A stretch of 63,806 bases of DNA, filler included, from Reticulomyxa filosa (GCA_000512085.1; 20 parts of 20 records of this genome joined end to end with filler, not necessarily neighbours in it), one strand, 5' to 3'; positions 24,902 through 39,356 are shown, numbered from the whole stretch's first letter. Notes: a model not told the origin generated them from the sequence alone. Translations and numbers: made by a program.

Positions 24902-25260
24902 AAATGGAGGCACTCTTTTTTAAAAGACTCTTTTAAAAATTCCTTTTTTTTTTTTTTGTAGGCAAAAATTATATAATCGATTCGCGTGATCCAAAACGGT
25001 TCAAAGATAAATTGGAGATGCTGACGTTTGAACAGAATTACACGAAGGCTTGGATGGGACACCTGACGGAGAGAGGCGTACGTCAAATGGAAGAGATCGG
25101 ACGTTGGCTGCGAAAACGTTACATCGACGAGTTAAAGTATTTGTCACCCACCTTCCACTCGAAAGACGACGGAACGGGCAATTCCGACACGCTTTGGATA
25201 CAAAGTACCAATTTTGCGAGAACCATTTATTCCGTCGATTCGTTATTGATGGGACTCTGT
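24259..25260 (+). CDS. Histidine acid phosphatase (ACP6/lysosomal-like), 5' part, multi-exon
   Basis: RHGDRTP catalytic motif, GHLTERGVRQMEEIGRWLRKRY and QSTNFARTIYS. ATG 24259 and intron 24314-24454 join in frame. Truncated at the contig end. Confidence 0.9.
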
Positions 25261-25299
25261 TTCGTGCAATATATGTATATGTGTACATATATATATATA

Positions 25300-25330
<31 letters not shown>

Positions 25331-25590
25331 NNNNNNNNNNNNNNNNNNNNNNNNNNNNNNNNNNNNNNNNNNNNTTAATTAATTAANNNNNNNNNNNNNN
25401 NNNNNNNNNNNNNNNNNNNNNNNNNNNNNNGTGTGTGTGTATGTGTCTGTTAGGCGTGTATTGCATAAGTAAGCAGTGTAATTATTGTGACGACAATCAT
25501 GACAAAAAAAAAAAAAAATGGACAGGTGTAATAAAATGAGATTTGTGAGTGTAATCTTGAACAGATGAATTTTCAGATTCGCGTCAAGTA

Positions 25591-26462
<872 letters not shown>

Positions 26463-26789
26463 GGNNNNNNNNNNNNNNNNNNNNNNNNNNNNNNNNNNNN
26501 NNNNNNNNTTAATTAATTAANNNNNNNNNNNNNNNNNNNNNNNNNNNNNNNNNNNNNNNNNNNNAATGTCCTTTGGCTAGAGCTGCTTTCACTACGAATT
26601 TGTACAAATAGTCTAAAGAGAAAGGACAATTACAATTTTTTTTGTTGGTTGAATATATCCAACAAAAAAATTACAAATAATAACTAATTAAAAAAAATTA
26701 TTTCATTTCAATCAAAAAAAAAATAAAAAGGAGCTTCGCAATATATACCAACGGAAACGTTAAGTGACGGCTGCCTCTGGGAATCGTCT

Positions 26790-27520
26790 TCGAGTCGTCG
26801 GGGTCAAAGTACAATAGGTAGTTGCTCATGGTTCAATATCACTTTCGAACATAAGTCGTTGCAAGTGCTGGCGACACATACATATTGTCGACATGAATGC
26901 TAAGATGTACATGTGATCGCCCGGAAACGACTCGCAATGCAGGTGCTCGTCTTCAAATATATTACATATCCATATCTCTTTCGTAATGGATTCAGTTTAA
27001 AACGATCTATTATTTTCTCCTTTCCTTCTTCTTCATCATCGTCGTCGTCATTGTCATTGTTGTTGTCATCGCTGTCACTAATATTCACATTATTCCCGTG
27101 CTTTGTTTCGCTCCTTTGTTGCTCTGGACCTATCTCCATCTGAACTTGTTGTTCTACTCCTACTCCTAGTCCTTCTTTTGTTTTTTCCACTTTTTCTTCG
27201 TTCGTCTCTCCATCTTCTGGCACTGGAGTTGATACCTTTTCTTTTGCTTTTAATACACCCCTTTTATTTTTATTTTGTAAATGCATGTCATTCATGTATA
27301 ATTTTTTTTTTCTCCTTTTTTATTTGATCGATTTTATTTTTCCTCTTCCCCTTTTTTTTTTTCTACTGCACTAACATGTCTCTCTCACTGTTACATACAG
27401 TATTTCGTTGTTGTGACATGAATCGAGTTCTATCAAAACCTCATTGTTCGCATTTAGTATCTTTCGAGTGGAGTGACAATAAACAATTGATGATCCTGCA
27501 TTAGAATGGGAGTCTAGTTT
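26790..27520 (-). CDS. Hypothetical protein with acidic tract, multi-exon
   Basis: Exon-like ORFs 27371-27610 and 26900-27295 with a D/N/E-rich low-complexity segment. No recognisable domain. Confidence 0.4.
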
Positions 27521-28066
27521 TTTTTTTAAAGTACAAAGTTTTTTGTTTGTGTTCTTTTTAACAAAAAAGTTAGTTACACTATTGCAATTGTAATCTAAAA
27601 TAGGATACATTAGTTTTTTTTACTTTGTCTACAAAATAAATATCCCTAAAAAATGTTGTTCATACCTTGTTCACTTTTCCATACATAATAATTTACCCTA
27701 ACTTATTATTGTCATATATCAATTTACATAACGAGAAAACTAATTTTTAATACTTTGATCTGTCTNNNNNNNNNNNNNNNNNNNNNNNNNNNNNNNNNNN
27801 NNNNNNNNNTTAATTAATTAANNNNNNNNNNNNNNNNNNNNNNNNNNNNNNNNNNNNNNNNNNNNAAAAAAAAAAAAATTAAATGTGTATTCACAATATT
27901 GGCAGAAATTACAACAATACATCAATCCTTTTCACTACGCTATCACATATCCACTAAATCACACCATATTATTACTTTTCTTGCTATTGCACTTAACTGT
28001 CGAGATGTCGAATAATCAATGCAAAGGATAACAACGACAATGCTCAAATAGCCAACTCATGTCGCA

Positions 28067-28810
28067 ATGTCACCTTCCGACTCTGTGCCAAAAATATCAG
28101 CGCAAAAAAACACAAAAAAGACAACGACAAGTATCAAAAGAAACTTAGCAATGGTCAATCCCATTGTCAATCTTATGCCCGAGCCCGTCACTGTGGCTCA
28201 TCTTTATGAGCACAAACATTCATTGGCTCCAGTATGTCCAATACTCCAAGAGTTGAAGCTGTAAGTTCACAATACAGTACATATGTCATATACATATATT
28301 TATAAATATACATAAATATATTTATTTATGTATATTTATATATGTAATAGCAAATCTTCTTTTTTTTATCAAAAAAACAAACAAGTTTTCAGTGTGGCTG
28401 AAAGAAAAATGCAACTTGGTCAATACTTAGAGCTATTCACAAAGGTGGAGATTGCAGACATCACTCTGTTGAACACGATCGCGTCGGAACAAGACTTGGT
28501 CGACATTGGGATCAGCTCCAAGTTCAATCGAAGACGCATTTGGCAGCAGGTCCAAGACTTTCGATTGGCAATGCTCGAGTTCGACCAATGACTCGATAAA
28601 ATTCAAATGCGCGAGCTGTACAATTAGCAGCTTGAAAAGCGCGGCGTCGTGACTGTCGGCGCGTTGCTTCGAATCATTGACCCGCAAAACGACAGTAACA
28701 AAGTCAAAATTGCACAATACTTTGGAGTGGAAAACATGTCCCATTGGGAGTTGATTTGGATCACTTGAAGAGATACTCCACACATCCGGGGGGTCCTGCA
28801 ATTGTTATGT
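28067..28810 (+). pseudogene. Tandem SAM-domain gene with premature stops
   Basis: LGQYLELFTKVEIADITLL...DLVDIGISSKFNRRRIW (SAM), then FDQ*LDKIQMRELYN*QLEKRGVVTVGALL (second SAM-like unit). In-frame TGA 28589-28591 and TAG 28625-28627. Confidence 0.7.
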
Positions 28811-29439
28811 GTATCGTGATCTATTCAGCAAAAATAATATATATATATATACATATAATATAAACTAATAGACTCGCAAAGACAGCCTAGCAGAGTGATT
28901 TTGCACATGAGTGCTCAAGCACAAGTTCAATTAGTTCAAAAAAGCTGTGGCTAAGGAGTTGCTTAAATTAAAAGCGACAGAAGAAAACGATAACTGTTGC
29001 GCAATTGCGTAAACGTGAAAGTGATCGTCTCAACATCCATCCACATTGGGAAGAGTTGTAGGCGACTTCAAACGCAAATTGGAAGAAGAAAGTCCGTTTA
29101 TTGTGACAAGCCAAAAAATTTGGAAACCCAATCCCAAGAAAACCTAAACAAAAACAAGCCAAAGTTCAACCTGCTGCACAATAAATACATAAAAAAAAAC
29201 AAGTCGTAACAAACAAAAACTCTTGAAATTGCTCTCTTGGCGCAAATTGTCTCACTCATCGTGTATTTAGTTTGTTTGCTGTTGATTTATTCACAAAATT
29301 GTTTTATACTTTGAAAATAAAACATTAATTCGAAACACCNNNNNNNNNNNNNNNNNNNNNNNNNNNNNNNNNNNNNNNNNNNNTTAATTAATTAANNNNN
29401 NNNNNNNNNNNNNNNNNNNNNNNNNNNNNNNNNNNNNNN

Positions 29440-29474
<35 letters not shown>

Positions 29475-29544
29475 TTGTTTGTTATATTTACATTTGCATG
29501 GGAAAAAAAAAAAAAAAAAGAGAGAAAAATATTACTAATAAAAG

Positions 29545-30340
29545 GCTTCTATCTTTCTTGCGGCGAGACGTTCTTAAGTGACACAAAGGTAATGTTGCAG
29601 AAAACAATCGATGAATATTGCAACGACGAAGCGAAAAGTCGAGGATTCAATATATCTCTGTCTTTGAGATTGGCAAACTTTTTCTATAATGCCGCCATGC
29701 CTCGCATCCATCTTATCTTCACCGAATTCAAAAAGAAAGCAGATAATATACAATCCAATGATCTGAAGCTGAAATCTCACATCTTCAATGGATTAACCAT
29801 TGATGTAAGCGACGGTATGGGACGGATAACGCTTTATTCCATGTCTTTGTTTGTTTGTTTGTTTGTTTGTTTTCGGCTATTTATTTGAAGGTGTGCTTAT
29901 ATTGATCCCAATGTGATAGTCCACACGGTATCCCAGTCAACCAAATTGAAAAGAGAGGCGGAGCGACACAGGATGACTGTATCAATGCCACTCAAGTATG
30001 CGGAAAGGTTTTCAATGATTCGTGAGGCGGTGTTGGAAAATTATTTGCTGAAAGGCAATGAACCCGAAAGGGTGCTCGACACAAAAAATGCAAAGTCAAA
30101 TCAGGACAACCAATCGGCGGGGCCTGCCTCCAATCCATTTATGTCGAGTGATTCCGAAAAAGCCAAGAAGTTTGCAATAGGTAATGACGACGACGATGAC
30201 GCAAACAACACGACGCTTGTCTATAAAATCCAAATGTCTGCAAACATCACTTCGAGTGAAACCATGCAATTATTAGTCGATGTGTTGGATGGCAAGGTCT
30301 TACAACTGACCGCTCAACAACTCAACAATCTTGACAAATG
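29545..30340 (+). CDS. Internal exons of a large protein (weak resemblance to the central region of DEAH12-type helicase-RING-IBR proteins)
   Basis: Two open exons separated by a GTATGG...GAAG intron. YKIQMSANITSSETMQLLVDVLDGKVLQLT loosely recalls the DEAH12 linker. Unverified. Confidence 0.45.
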
Positions 30341-30779
30341 TTTGTTTTATTTTTATCCAATTATATTATAATTATACATATGTGTATATGTATTTATATA
30401 TGTATAGTGATTTTTTTTTTTTTTTTTTTTTTTTAATTTTTTTTTTTTTTTTTNNNNNNNNNNNNNNNNNNNNNNNNNNNNNNNNNNNNNNNNNNNNTTA
30501 ATTAATTAANNNNNNNNNNNNNNNNNNNNNNNNNNNNNNNNNNNNNNNNNNNNAATAATCTACTTATTGTTTTGTTCAGAACAATAATGATTTTCCAAAT
30601 AGTTCAACAATGAAATTAATTATAACATGTTACAAAATAAATATGAAAGTTTTGAATATGTCAACATCACTTATCTTATTTTATGCACATTCATCTACCT
30701 TTTATAGAACATTTTGGATAACATCAGACAAAATAGATTATCTCAATTTCTAATTAATGATTGTATCCTTTGTAAACAA

Positions 30780-31320
30780 ATAATGGTGATGTTTCTATTT
30801 TTGGTCGTATAATTACGTCGATAATTTTTTCTTTACTATCTCATCATCGAATTGTTTTATCACGAGCATGACACTGATTTTAAATCATCTGATGATAAAT
30901 AAATGTAATTAATAACTCCATTATGTCCTTTTAGTACTTTCATTTGTTTTTCTAAAAACACATCCCATATTTGAATAGTGTTGTCATTTGAATATGAAAT
31001 AACTTTAAAACCATCTGATGAAACTTGTATTCATCGCATATCATTGCAATGCCATTGTAATATTTAAATTGTTTTTCAAGTCAATATATCACACAATCTG
31101 TCTTATCCTTTAGACAAGACGCAATTATAGTGCAATCTGGAGAAAATCTTACCTCAGTTACACCTTTATTTCCTTCGAATAAAAACAGCTGATTTTTCAG
31201 ATGATATATCACATACTCAAATTGTGTTATGATACAAATTTAGAACCATCTGATGAAAGTTGTATCTTTTTTACAAAATGTGTACGTCCTTCAAATGTTT
31301 GAATAAATAACATTTCAAAT
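30780..31320 (-). pseudogene. WD40-repeat pseudogene
   Basis: Minus strand IQVSSDGFKVISYSNDNTIQIWDVFLEKQMKVLKGHNGV plus neighbouring FEGRT..VKKIQLSSDG units, with many stops and frameshifts. Confidence 0.85.
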
Positions 31321-32020
31321 GCCAAATGTTGATAATATTATTGAACAGATAATGTATTTGAATGTTTTTAACATAAATATCAATTAATTGTTCATTAAAT
31401 GCTTACCAAATTGTTAGTGTTTATTTCATTTAATGAAGTGTTTCGTTTACATTCCAAAAACAAGATATAAATTGTTGTGAAGTATGAAAACAGATGGAAA
31501 ATGTCTCGACAGCTAAATTTTTTGAAGATGCAACAGTGTTGAGCGAAGAAAACACATGCACGCATTTGATTGCTTTTTTTTTAGCTTTCCGAGTTCTACA
31601 AAAGTGTGTTTTTNNNNNNNNNNNNNNNNNNNNNNNNNNNNNNNNNNNNNNNNNNNNTTAATTAATTAANNNNNNNNNNNNNNNNNNNNNNNNNNNNNNN
31701 NNNNNNNNNNNNNAAAAGGTTTATTTATTTTTTCATTTTTTAATTTTTATTTTTTTTTGATGAAATGTACGTTTGCGTTTGAATAGGCATGCCCCCATAA
31801 AAAAAAATGTTTGTCCTCCGCCTCCCCTGCGCAAAAGAAAAAAAAAAGATAGGAAAATGGAATCTGAGCTTTGAGCTCGAAGGCAAAAGTATGTTTATTT
31901 GTTTTTTTTTAAATGAAAAAAATTTGATTTGTGATTCAAAAATAGGAGTCGATATCAAAATGAAATGTGGAAGTTTTTTTTTATTTTTATTTTATTTTTT
32001 ATTTTTCTATTTGGAAGGTG

Positions 32021-32126
32021 GATAGGGAAAATATGGGGAAGATATGGGGAAAAGATGGGGAAAAGATAGGGAAAAGGATGGGGAAGATATGTGGGAAAAG
32101 ATGGGGAAAAGATGATGGAAAAGATA
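32021..32126 (+). repeat. Degenerate ~11-bp G/A tandem repeat (GGGAAAAGAT-like)
   Basis: About 9 imperfect units such as ggggaaaagat, gggaaaagat and ggggaagatat, followed by a purine-rich low-complexity tract to about 32360. Confidence 0.8.
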
Positions 32127-32369
32127 GTGAAAAAATAAATGAGAAAAAATTGAGAAAAATTTATTTAAGAAAAATACAAAAGAATGATAAAAAAAAGAAA
32201 AGAATGAGAAAATTAAAAAAATTGAAAAATGTTGAAAATTAAAAAAAAATGGCAATTGGAAAAAAAGAAAAAAAAGAGAAAAATGAAAAAAAGATAGAAA
32301 AAAATAGAAAAAGTAAAAGGGGAAAAGAGGGAAAATGAAAAGAAGAATGAAAAAGGAAGAAGCGCAAAA

Positions 32370-34350
32370 TATGTTCGCGCTGATCGCTAGATTGGAATTC
32401 TCTGTCGTTCGACAAGGCCAAAGTGTGTCCGTAACGACAATAGCAACTTCGTAATTGGAAAAAATCGTAAAACAGTGGACAAGATTACACAGTTCAATAT
32501 CGAATAATTTGGATCTTGGTGCGTCTCCAGATTTGATGAATGTAGTTATGTACGGCTCTTCGCGACAGTGAGTGTAACTTTGTGTATTTTAGACATGGCT
32601 ATCTTCCAATAGAACGCGCTAATCAAGGACAATGAATAAGTTGTGGAAACTTATGTAGTGGCAACCCGAACAATTGGCGCACACAAATCTATCAGAAAAT
32701 TGTGACATGGCAAAGCGCCAAAGAGGGTTCGAACTTTGATCTGCAGACATAAACGAACAAGAGAAACTCGACAATTATGAAAACGTTACTAACTTGATCA
32801 ACTAATTGCAATAATCGAAAAGCAGTATTGGAAACTCGTGTTGGAACTTGTTGTGTGCGTACGCACATTCGCAACCTTGGATGTTAGCTCGTGCGTATGT
32901 CAGTAGGAGGAATCTTAGCAACGAATGCGCACAAGAATGAAAAAAAATGGTAATCCCTTCATCATCAAATTGCAAATAGAAACATTAGATATGCTGGAAA
33001 TGCCGCTTAAAGTTGTCTCTCATCAAAAGGGAGACGATTTTTTCAATTGCGAAGCCATCCACTCTCGTGTAACATTTGGACAAGATCTTCCCGACCAATT
33101 CCGGAAAGTTGGATCTTGGTTCCAGACGACGAAAGAAATCACCAAGAAGAAAAAGGAAAGATGTTGCGATACGCGCAAAGTAGAAAAGATAGTGTCGCAA
33201 CAACTTCATAGAAGAAGTGGAAAGCAAAAAACGTGGAAATCGATGAAGCAAAGAACGTGGAAGTTGTTAGTAAATAGTTACTCATCGCAATCGAGAAAGT
33301 CGATCAGCGGGAGAATGTTCCATATGAAGTGGCTCAACTTGATGGAGATTGTGCGAAAATCCGTGAAGGTATTGACAGACAAGAAGATAAATATGAGTAA
33401 GATGAGGAGAAAGATGGTAATGAAGAAAGAATCTCGCTTTGGATCGTTAAAAAAAAAATCTTCTTCAGATTTTCTTAGTGTGGTTATGTATAGCTCTTCA
33501 CGCCCGCGAGTGAAGAATTTGTGTTTCCAGAACATACACTACCTTTCAATAGAACGCGCGCCGATCAAAGACAATGAATAAGCGTGTGGAAATGCTTTGC
33601 AGTGGTTACGCGAACAATTGGAACGAACTTGACCATCAATATATATTCACACAAATCTCTGGCGCTGTGTCAAGCCAACAATCATTCGCAAAGATGTTCC
33701 AACGAGCAAGGGAAGCGAGATTGTTATAAAAATAGAGCTAACTACTAGTGTCGAAACTGGTCGTGACCATGCGCATATCCGCAACTTTGGCTTTTTAGTC
33801 GTCCGTGTGCTGTTGATGGGAGAAATGATCAGATCGCGAGTAACATAAGCAATAATAACTGTGAAAAGAGATAGAGAGAGAACTGAATTAGTTCGGCAAA
33901 AGATTATCGTCAGACGCAAGGCACTCAATTCTTGCAGTGACGGTCTGCAGATTAATTATGAACTACAGACGGTGTGTCGGATGTGACGCAATACTTTGTA
34001 TTGGTTGCATTATCACAGTGCGTGGAGAATATTGAAGTGCAAGTTGCCAAATTTAGTTGGATTCGAGTCGACGTGGTTTTAAATTGTTGAGCTCAAACAT
34101 CGTTGAGCCATGACACTCAAGAACGCAAGAGCGAATACGTCAAATAATGAAGAAAGAAATACGAATTGTACCATCACTCAATCATTGAAGCGCCTATGCA
34201 AATATTGTCGAATGAATGCGTGGTGATTGATGCAAAAAACTTCTAAGAACGGCCATTATCCAATGTCAATGTGTGTCCTTCATTATAAGAGCGACGAGAG
34301 TGGATAAGCTTCGTATTTTGAAAATATCCATCATATGATGGCATCGGAAT
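32370..34350 (+). pseudogene. Degraded large-protein pseudogene with an internal ~940-bp diverged duplication
   Basis: Coding-like GC with stops in all frames. 32508-32900 aligns by eye with 33438-33810. Confidence 0.55.
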
Positions 34351-35916
34351 NNNNNNNNNNNNNNNNNNNNNNNNNNNNNNNNNNNNNNNNNNNNTTAATT
34401 AATTAANNNNNNNNNNNNNNNNNNNNNNNNNNNNNNNNNNNNNNNNNNNNTTTTTTTTTTAATTTTGAATATTGGTTCTTTTTCTAGGGGAGTACTTTTG
34501 AGGGAGCATGCAAGACTACGTCGCATGCATTTTTGTTTGCGGGGATAGCTCTTGTACGAAACATTGTACATGCACAACTTTTACACAAGACAACAGACGC
34601 TGCAACTAATAGAACTACAAAAGATAAAACTTTCGCACATAATTTCTAACAGTTCATTTATTTCTTCATGTCCATTTAGTAACCAAACGGAACATCGAAA
34701 AGCTTAGGCTGCATTTACTCTGCTTTGAAAATATACTTTCTCTGGCTTCGTACAAGAGAAATAGGACAACGTATAACATTAATATTATTTTGGCTCAAAC
34801 TCCCCTTTTGATATTTTTTTTATTATTGTGATGTACTTGCTGAAATAATCTTCAATATTACCATACAAAAGAATTCGTCGAATTACAATGCATACTATGT
34901 TTACTGTCATTGTAAAAAAGTCAACACTTATAAAGATTTTTTCGAAGAAAAAGAAAATACAAAACGAAAAAATTTTCAACTTAATGGTACGTAAAGTAGT
35001 TGTTTTATTTTAAAAAAAATTTACTTTATTTTATTATCTATACTATATTGTCAACTAGTTCAGCTCACGTGACTTCTATGACATTTGAGAAATTAAAAAA
35101 ATGAGGACATAGCTGTTGAAATTAGCAAAAGAGCTAGTATGATTAAAGATAAAAAAGATAAAAAAATGTAACTAGCCCTTTTTTTGGAACTTTTTGAAAT
35201 TGAAAATTTTTTTTACACAATATTCATACAGTTTTGTCTTTGGTATTTTTGGAAGTAAAAATTAAAAAATTTGTTCATATCTTGATTATAATAACAAAAT
35301 GAAAAAGTTGATATAATATAAAAGTGAACGTGAGACATCAATCAATATTTTAAAAATGTATCAGTAATGTATTAATGTATTCCTTTGAAAGAGATCAATC
35401 AGAGCATTTTAAAGATGAAGGAGTACATATTTTGAAAGAAAAAGCAAGAAGAAAGCCATTGATCAAAGAGATATTTGTAAGTAATAATGATCACAAAATC
35501 GGAACAAAAAGAAACCATTTGTATTACAAAAAACAAGGCGGCTGGGAGAGAGAGAGAAAGAAGGAAGGGAATGGTATTGAGCCTCGTAACAATAGTCATT
35601 CTTCTTCCATTCAATTAATCTTTACATCTTCAACAAGTGTACAAATGAACCACAAACAAAAAAGGGAGGAGGAAGAGATCCCTTTTTTTTTTTTAATTAT
35701 TAAAAAAAAAAAAANNNNNNNNNNNNNNNNNNNNNNNNNNNNNNNNNNNNNNNNNNNNTTAATTAATTAANNNNNNNNNNNNNNNNNNNNNNNNNNNNNN
35801 NNNNNNNNNNNNNNAAAAAAAAAAAAAAAAAAATCGTATACAAAAAAAAAAAAAAACAACACAAAACACGTCAGTTAATTGTGATCGAAAAATCAAATAT
35901 GGGGGGGTCAACTCTC

Positions 35917-36889
35917 TTACGCCATAACATCGGCCTTCCTGGCATCGTAAAATTCCGAAATTCCTTGGCTTTCTCTCCTCCTCTTGCGATGGGGATCACT
36001 CATCTTCACTTCAAACGACTTGTATCCCGGCTTCCCTACGTTCTCATTATGCAGCCACATCGACGCATTCTTCGTCTTCTTCAAGCCAAAGTCGACGGCC
36101 ACACCAAAGTCAATGAGGACGATTCGTGGGTGACGCACATCCTTGTTGCATATCAATATGTTTTCTAAGGACAAGTCCAAGTGACATATTCCTTTGTTAT
36201 GCAGCCAATGCAATGTATATACGATCTGTTGGAATATATATTGAATTGTTTCCAAACGTGGGTATATCTGATCTTCTGGACAAAACTCTTGTCGATGTTC
36301 ACTCATATATTTTCTTTGCGACGCATCTTTCAGAGAAAAGAATACAATTTTTAACTTTTTTTTTTTTTTTACAAAAAAAAAATAAAAAAAAATACTACCC
36401 CTCCCCTTTCGCACCCCCCTTTTCGGCTGTACCTGGTGAAAATTCAGGAAATTCTGTAAAGTTGTGCAATTTATATTTCATATAATTAAACAGATTTCCA
36501 CCACTGCAATATTGCAACGCAAAATACATGTATTCAAACGCCGTCCATTCGCAAATGTATTGACATACACTTGGAGGACAATCTTCCATTGATGCCAACT
36601 TACGTAATAAGTCTCTTTCGTACCCAAAGTTCTCTGGAATATTTCCTCCATCCAAACACAGTTGCTTCTCCACATACTCTTTTTTTGCTGCTTTTATACA
36701 CCGATAACAATGATCTTTTTCATCAAATGCTTTACATATATATCCTTGCAACGCGTCTGCAATGTATTCAGGCCCAACAAAACGAGGAATTTCAACATGT
36801 CGCTCCAGCTGCTCATCATAATGCACAAAAGTACAACTTGTAAAATCGCGGAGTAAATTTTCATATTTATGATCCACTTTTTGTGTCAT
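35917..36889 (-). CDS. Protein kinase, atypical HLDLSLEN (non-RD) subfamily, 3' end missing
   Basis: IADALQGYI (degenerate P-loop), CIKAAK, ENFGYE (alphaC), QYCSGGNLF, CHLDLSLENIL, LIDFGVA, VGKPGYKSFEV, DARKAD. Two exons. Confidence 0.9.
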
Positions 36890-37329
36890 AATTTGTCTTT
36901 TATTTGGTGTTTTTCCCCACGGATCTTTCTCAAGTTTCTTTTTTGTAACTCCGAAGACAAGCAAATTTTACAAATTCTTTTATAAATATTGCAGAAAAAT
37001 GATAATGATTATGAAAATTTCAATGTATAACCTTTTTTCATGCAATATTTAAAAATACTATTTAAAAAAGTTATTTAATTAATTTAAGTCATGTGGAATA
37101 ATATTTAAACAATACTGAACACATCATTGATTTTTATTAGTATATTTTAAACTTGCTAGGAAATGTTTCAAGAAATTTTGTAAAATTGTAAAATAAAATC
37201 TAATTGGATTGTATAACACAATAAAAGTAATAAATCTGCAATTTTTACGAAATATACTATCAACATTTTTTTGATTGCTGAAGAAAAAATACTATACAAG
37301 TATAATGGAATTCAGCGTTTTTTAAATTT

Positions 37330-38790
37330 TCTGATATATTTTAATTTAGTATCTGTGTTTTCCAATTATACAATCGTTGTTATCAAATGGTTTGTATTCT
37401 GAAAGATAATGTGCATTATTCTTGCAAATAAAAACGTTTTTTTGTAAAATTAATAAATATTTTATGCCAACTTGACCAAACAATAGCATTGAATAGTATC
37501 AAACTTGTCAATGTTAGTCTAATTAACAATTCTACGTTGTACAAACAAAAGTCAGTGATATTTTTGATTATAAATTATGCTAAATATCACGTACAGTATC
37601 TTCATTAAGAATTATATCATTTGTTGGCATTTGATCGCAAACCCATAAATATTCAGTGCCAAATAATACAGGAAAACATGTGTCCAATTTTTTAATTTTT
37701 TTTGAGTTCTGTTTGCAAAATACAAATATAAAATATATTTTGTAAATACAAGCATTTTTTTTATTAACTGGAACAACAGTAAATCCCATAATGTTTGTAT
37801 AAGTCTGTTGTAATACACAAAATTAGATATTTTATTGTTATTTACAAAAAGTAAAACTAACTTCATTTATCTTTCTCTTTTTTTGAACATCTTTTGGTAT
37901 CTATTTAAATCCGTTTTATAAGAAATATGTTACGTAAACTAAATATATTTTAATAATTAAAAGTCATTTAGCTTAACTGATTCTGGATACAAAATACCAA
38001 CAAAATTTTTCAATAATAAATTATGCTTTAATAACGTTTTTTTAATTAGCAATGTCACTTCTGATTTTTCAATAATATTGTTGTAATATTGTGATTTACT
38101 TTTATTCATAATATTTTTTTTTTCTATACGCAAATACACAATAAATGTATCGTCTTCTGTTTGACGAACTGCCCCAATAACAGGGTTATTGCATTTGTCA
38201 AATCTACTGTCACATGAACCATTTGAGTTTCCGCAAATACGAATACTCAAAATCCACAACGGTTTGTCACAGTTATTATAAAATAATATTTGATTATTTC
38301 TTTCTTTAACTAACGTAAAAAATTTGTCATTTTCTCCCTTTGGTTAATTGTATTACTACATGTTAAATTTTTTATTTTAATTCATAAAAAATAAAACAAA
38401 ACTTTTTTCCAACGTCTTTTGCAAGTATTGACACCGTTTATTGCAAAGTCAATCTTAAGTATTTCTTTTTCATTTTCAATAATTTGAAGTTTTGTAGCTT
38501 TGCAAGATTCTTTGCTTTCGTCTGATCCGAAATGTAAATGACCAGCCCTTCCTTTAAATTGCCCAAAATTAATTAATGAATACTTTACAACATCCCAATT
38601 TACGTCAGGCGAATCTGAAATTTTTCTTGTTGTTATGTCTTTATGATGTAAGTTTTTGTTTTAAGTCAGAAGAAATTTAAAAATACTTGGCAATATGTTC
38701 TTGGCAGCTTGTTAACTGTTGACTGCACAACATAGAATGTTGATGCATACAATCGATTTTGTTGTAAGTACATCTTTTATAACACGTCAT
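37330..38790 (-). CDS. Hypothetical multi-exon protein
   Basis: Stop-free exon-like frames, e.g. about 38639-38403 (DITTRKISDSPDVNWDVVKYSLINFGQFKGRAGHLHFG...), 37957-38340 and 37580-37789, separated by AT-rich gaps. Confidence 0.45.
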
Positions 38791-39356
38791 TTCAAACTTT
38801 GAATTTTTGATTAGCCCCTTGAATAACACTTGTCTGAAGGTAAAATTAGACATTCACAGATAAAACATACAAGATAGTAAAGTGATACAATATGAAAGAG
38901 AATTTATTGTTAGAAAATAAGGACAATTCGGGTACAACAAAGATTATTTCTTTAAATATTTGAATTTGTCTATACAAAGATAAATTATTGTAAACCTACA
39001 TACTCAAAGATTTTTTTGTTTATAATCTTTTCACTTCTGCTAATAAAAACTAATTTAAAGGTAAAAAAAGTAAAACTCTTGAAAGTTTGTCTCAAACCTA
39101 GTATCATTTTGCGGCATGAAAGAAATATTACTTGTACAAAAAGTAATGAACTGTTATTTACGAATGAATTGTACGTGTTTCAACACTTATTATCTTTCTT
39201 TAATATATGAATATATAAAAACTAAAAATAATTTTGCAATACTATGAATAAAACTTCAAACCTCGGCTTTATCATGATATTTCAAAAAAATATTTTTATG
39301 ATTTTAGTACTATTATTGCTTTAATACATAAAATAGTTCAAAAGAAAGAATTGCCT

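Noticed and set aside
35375-35714. 131-aa ORF at a contig end
   Set aside because: Low-complexity purine-rich sequence running into the spacer, with no domain.
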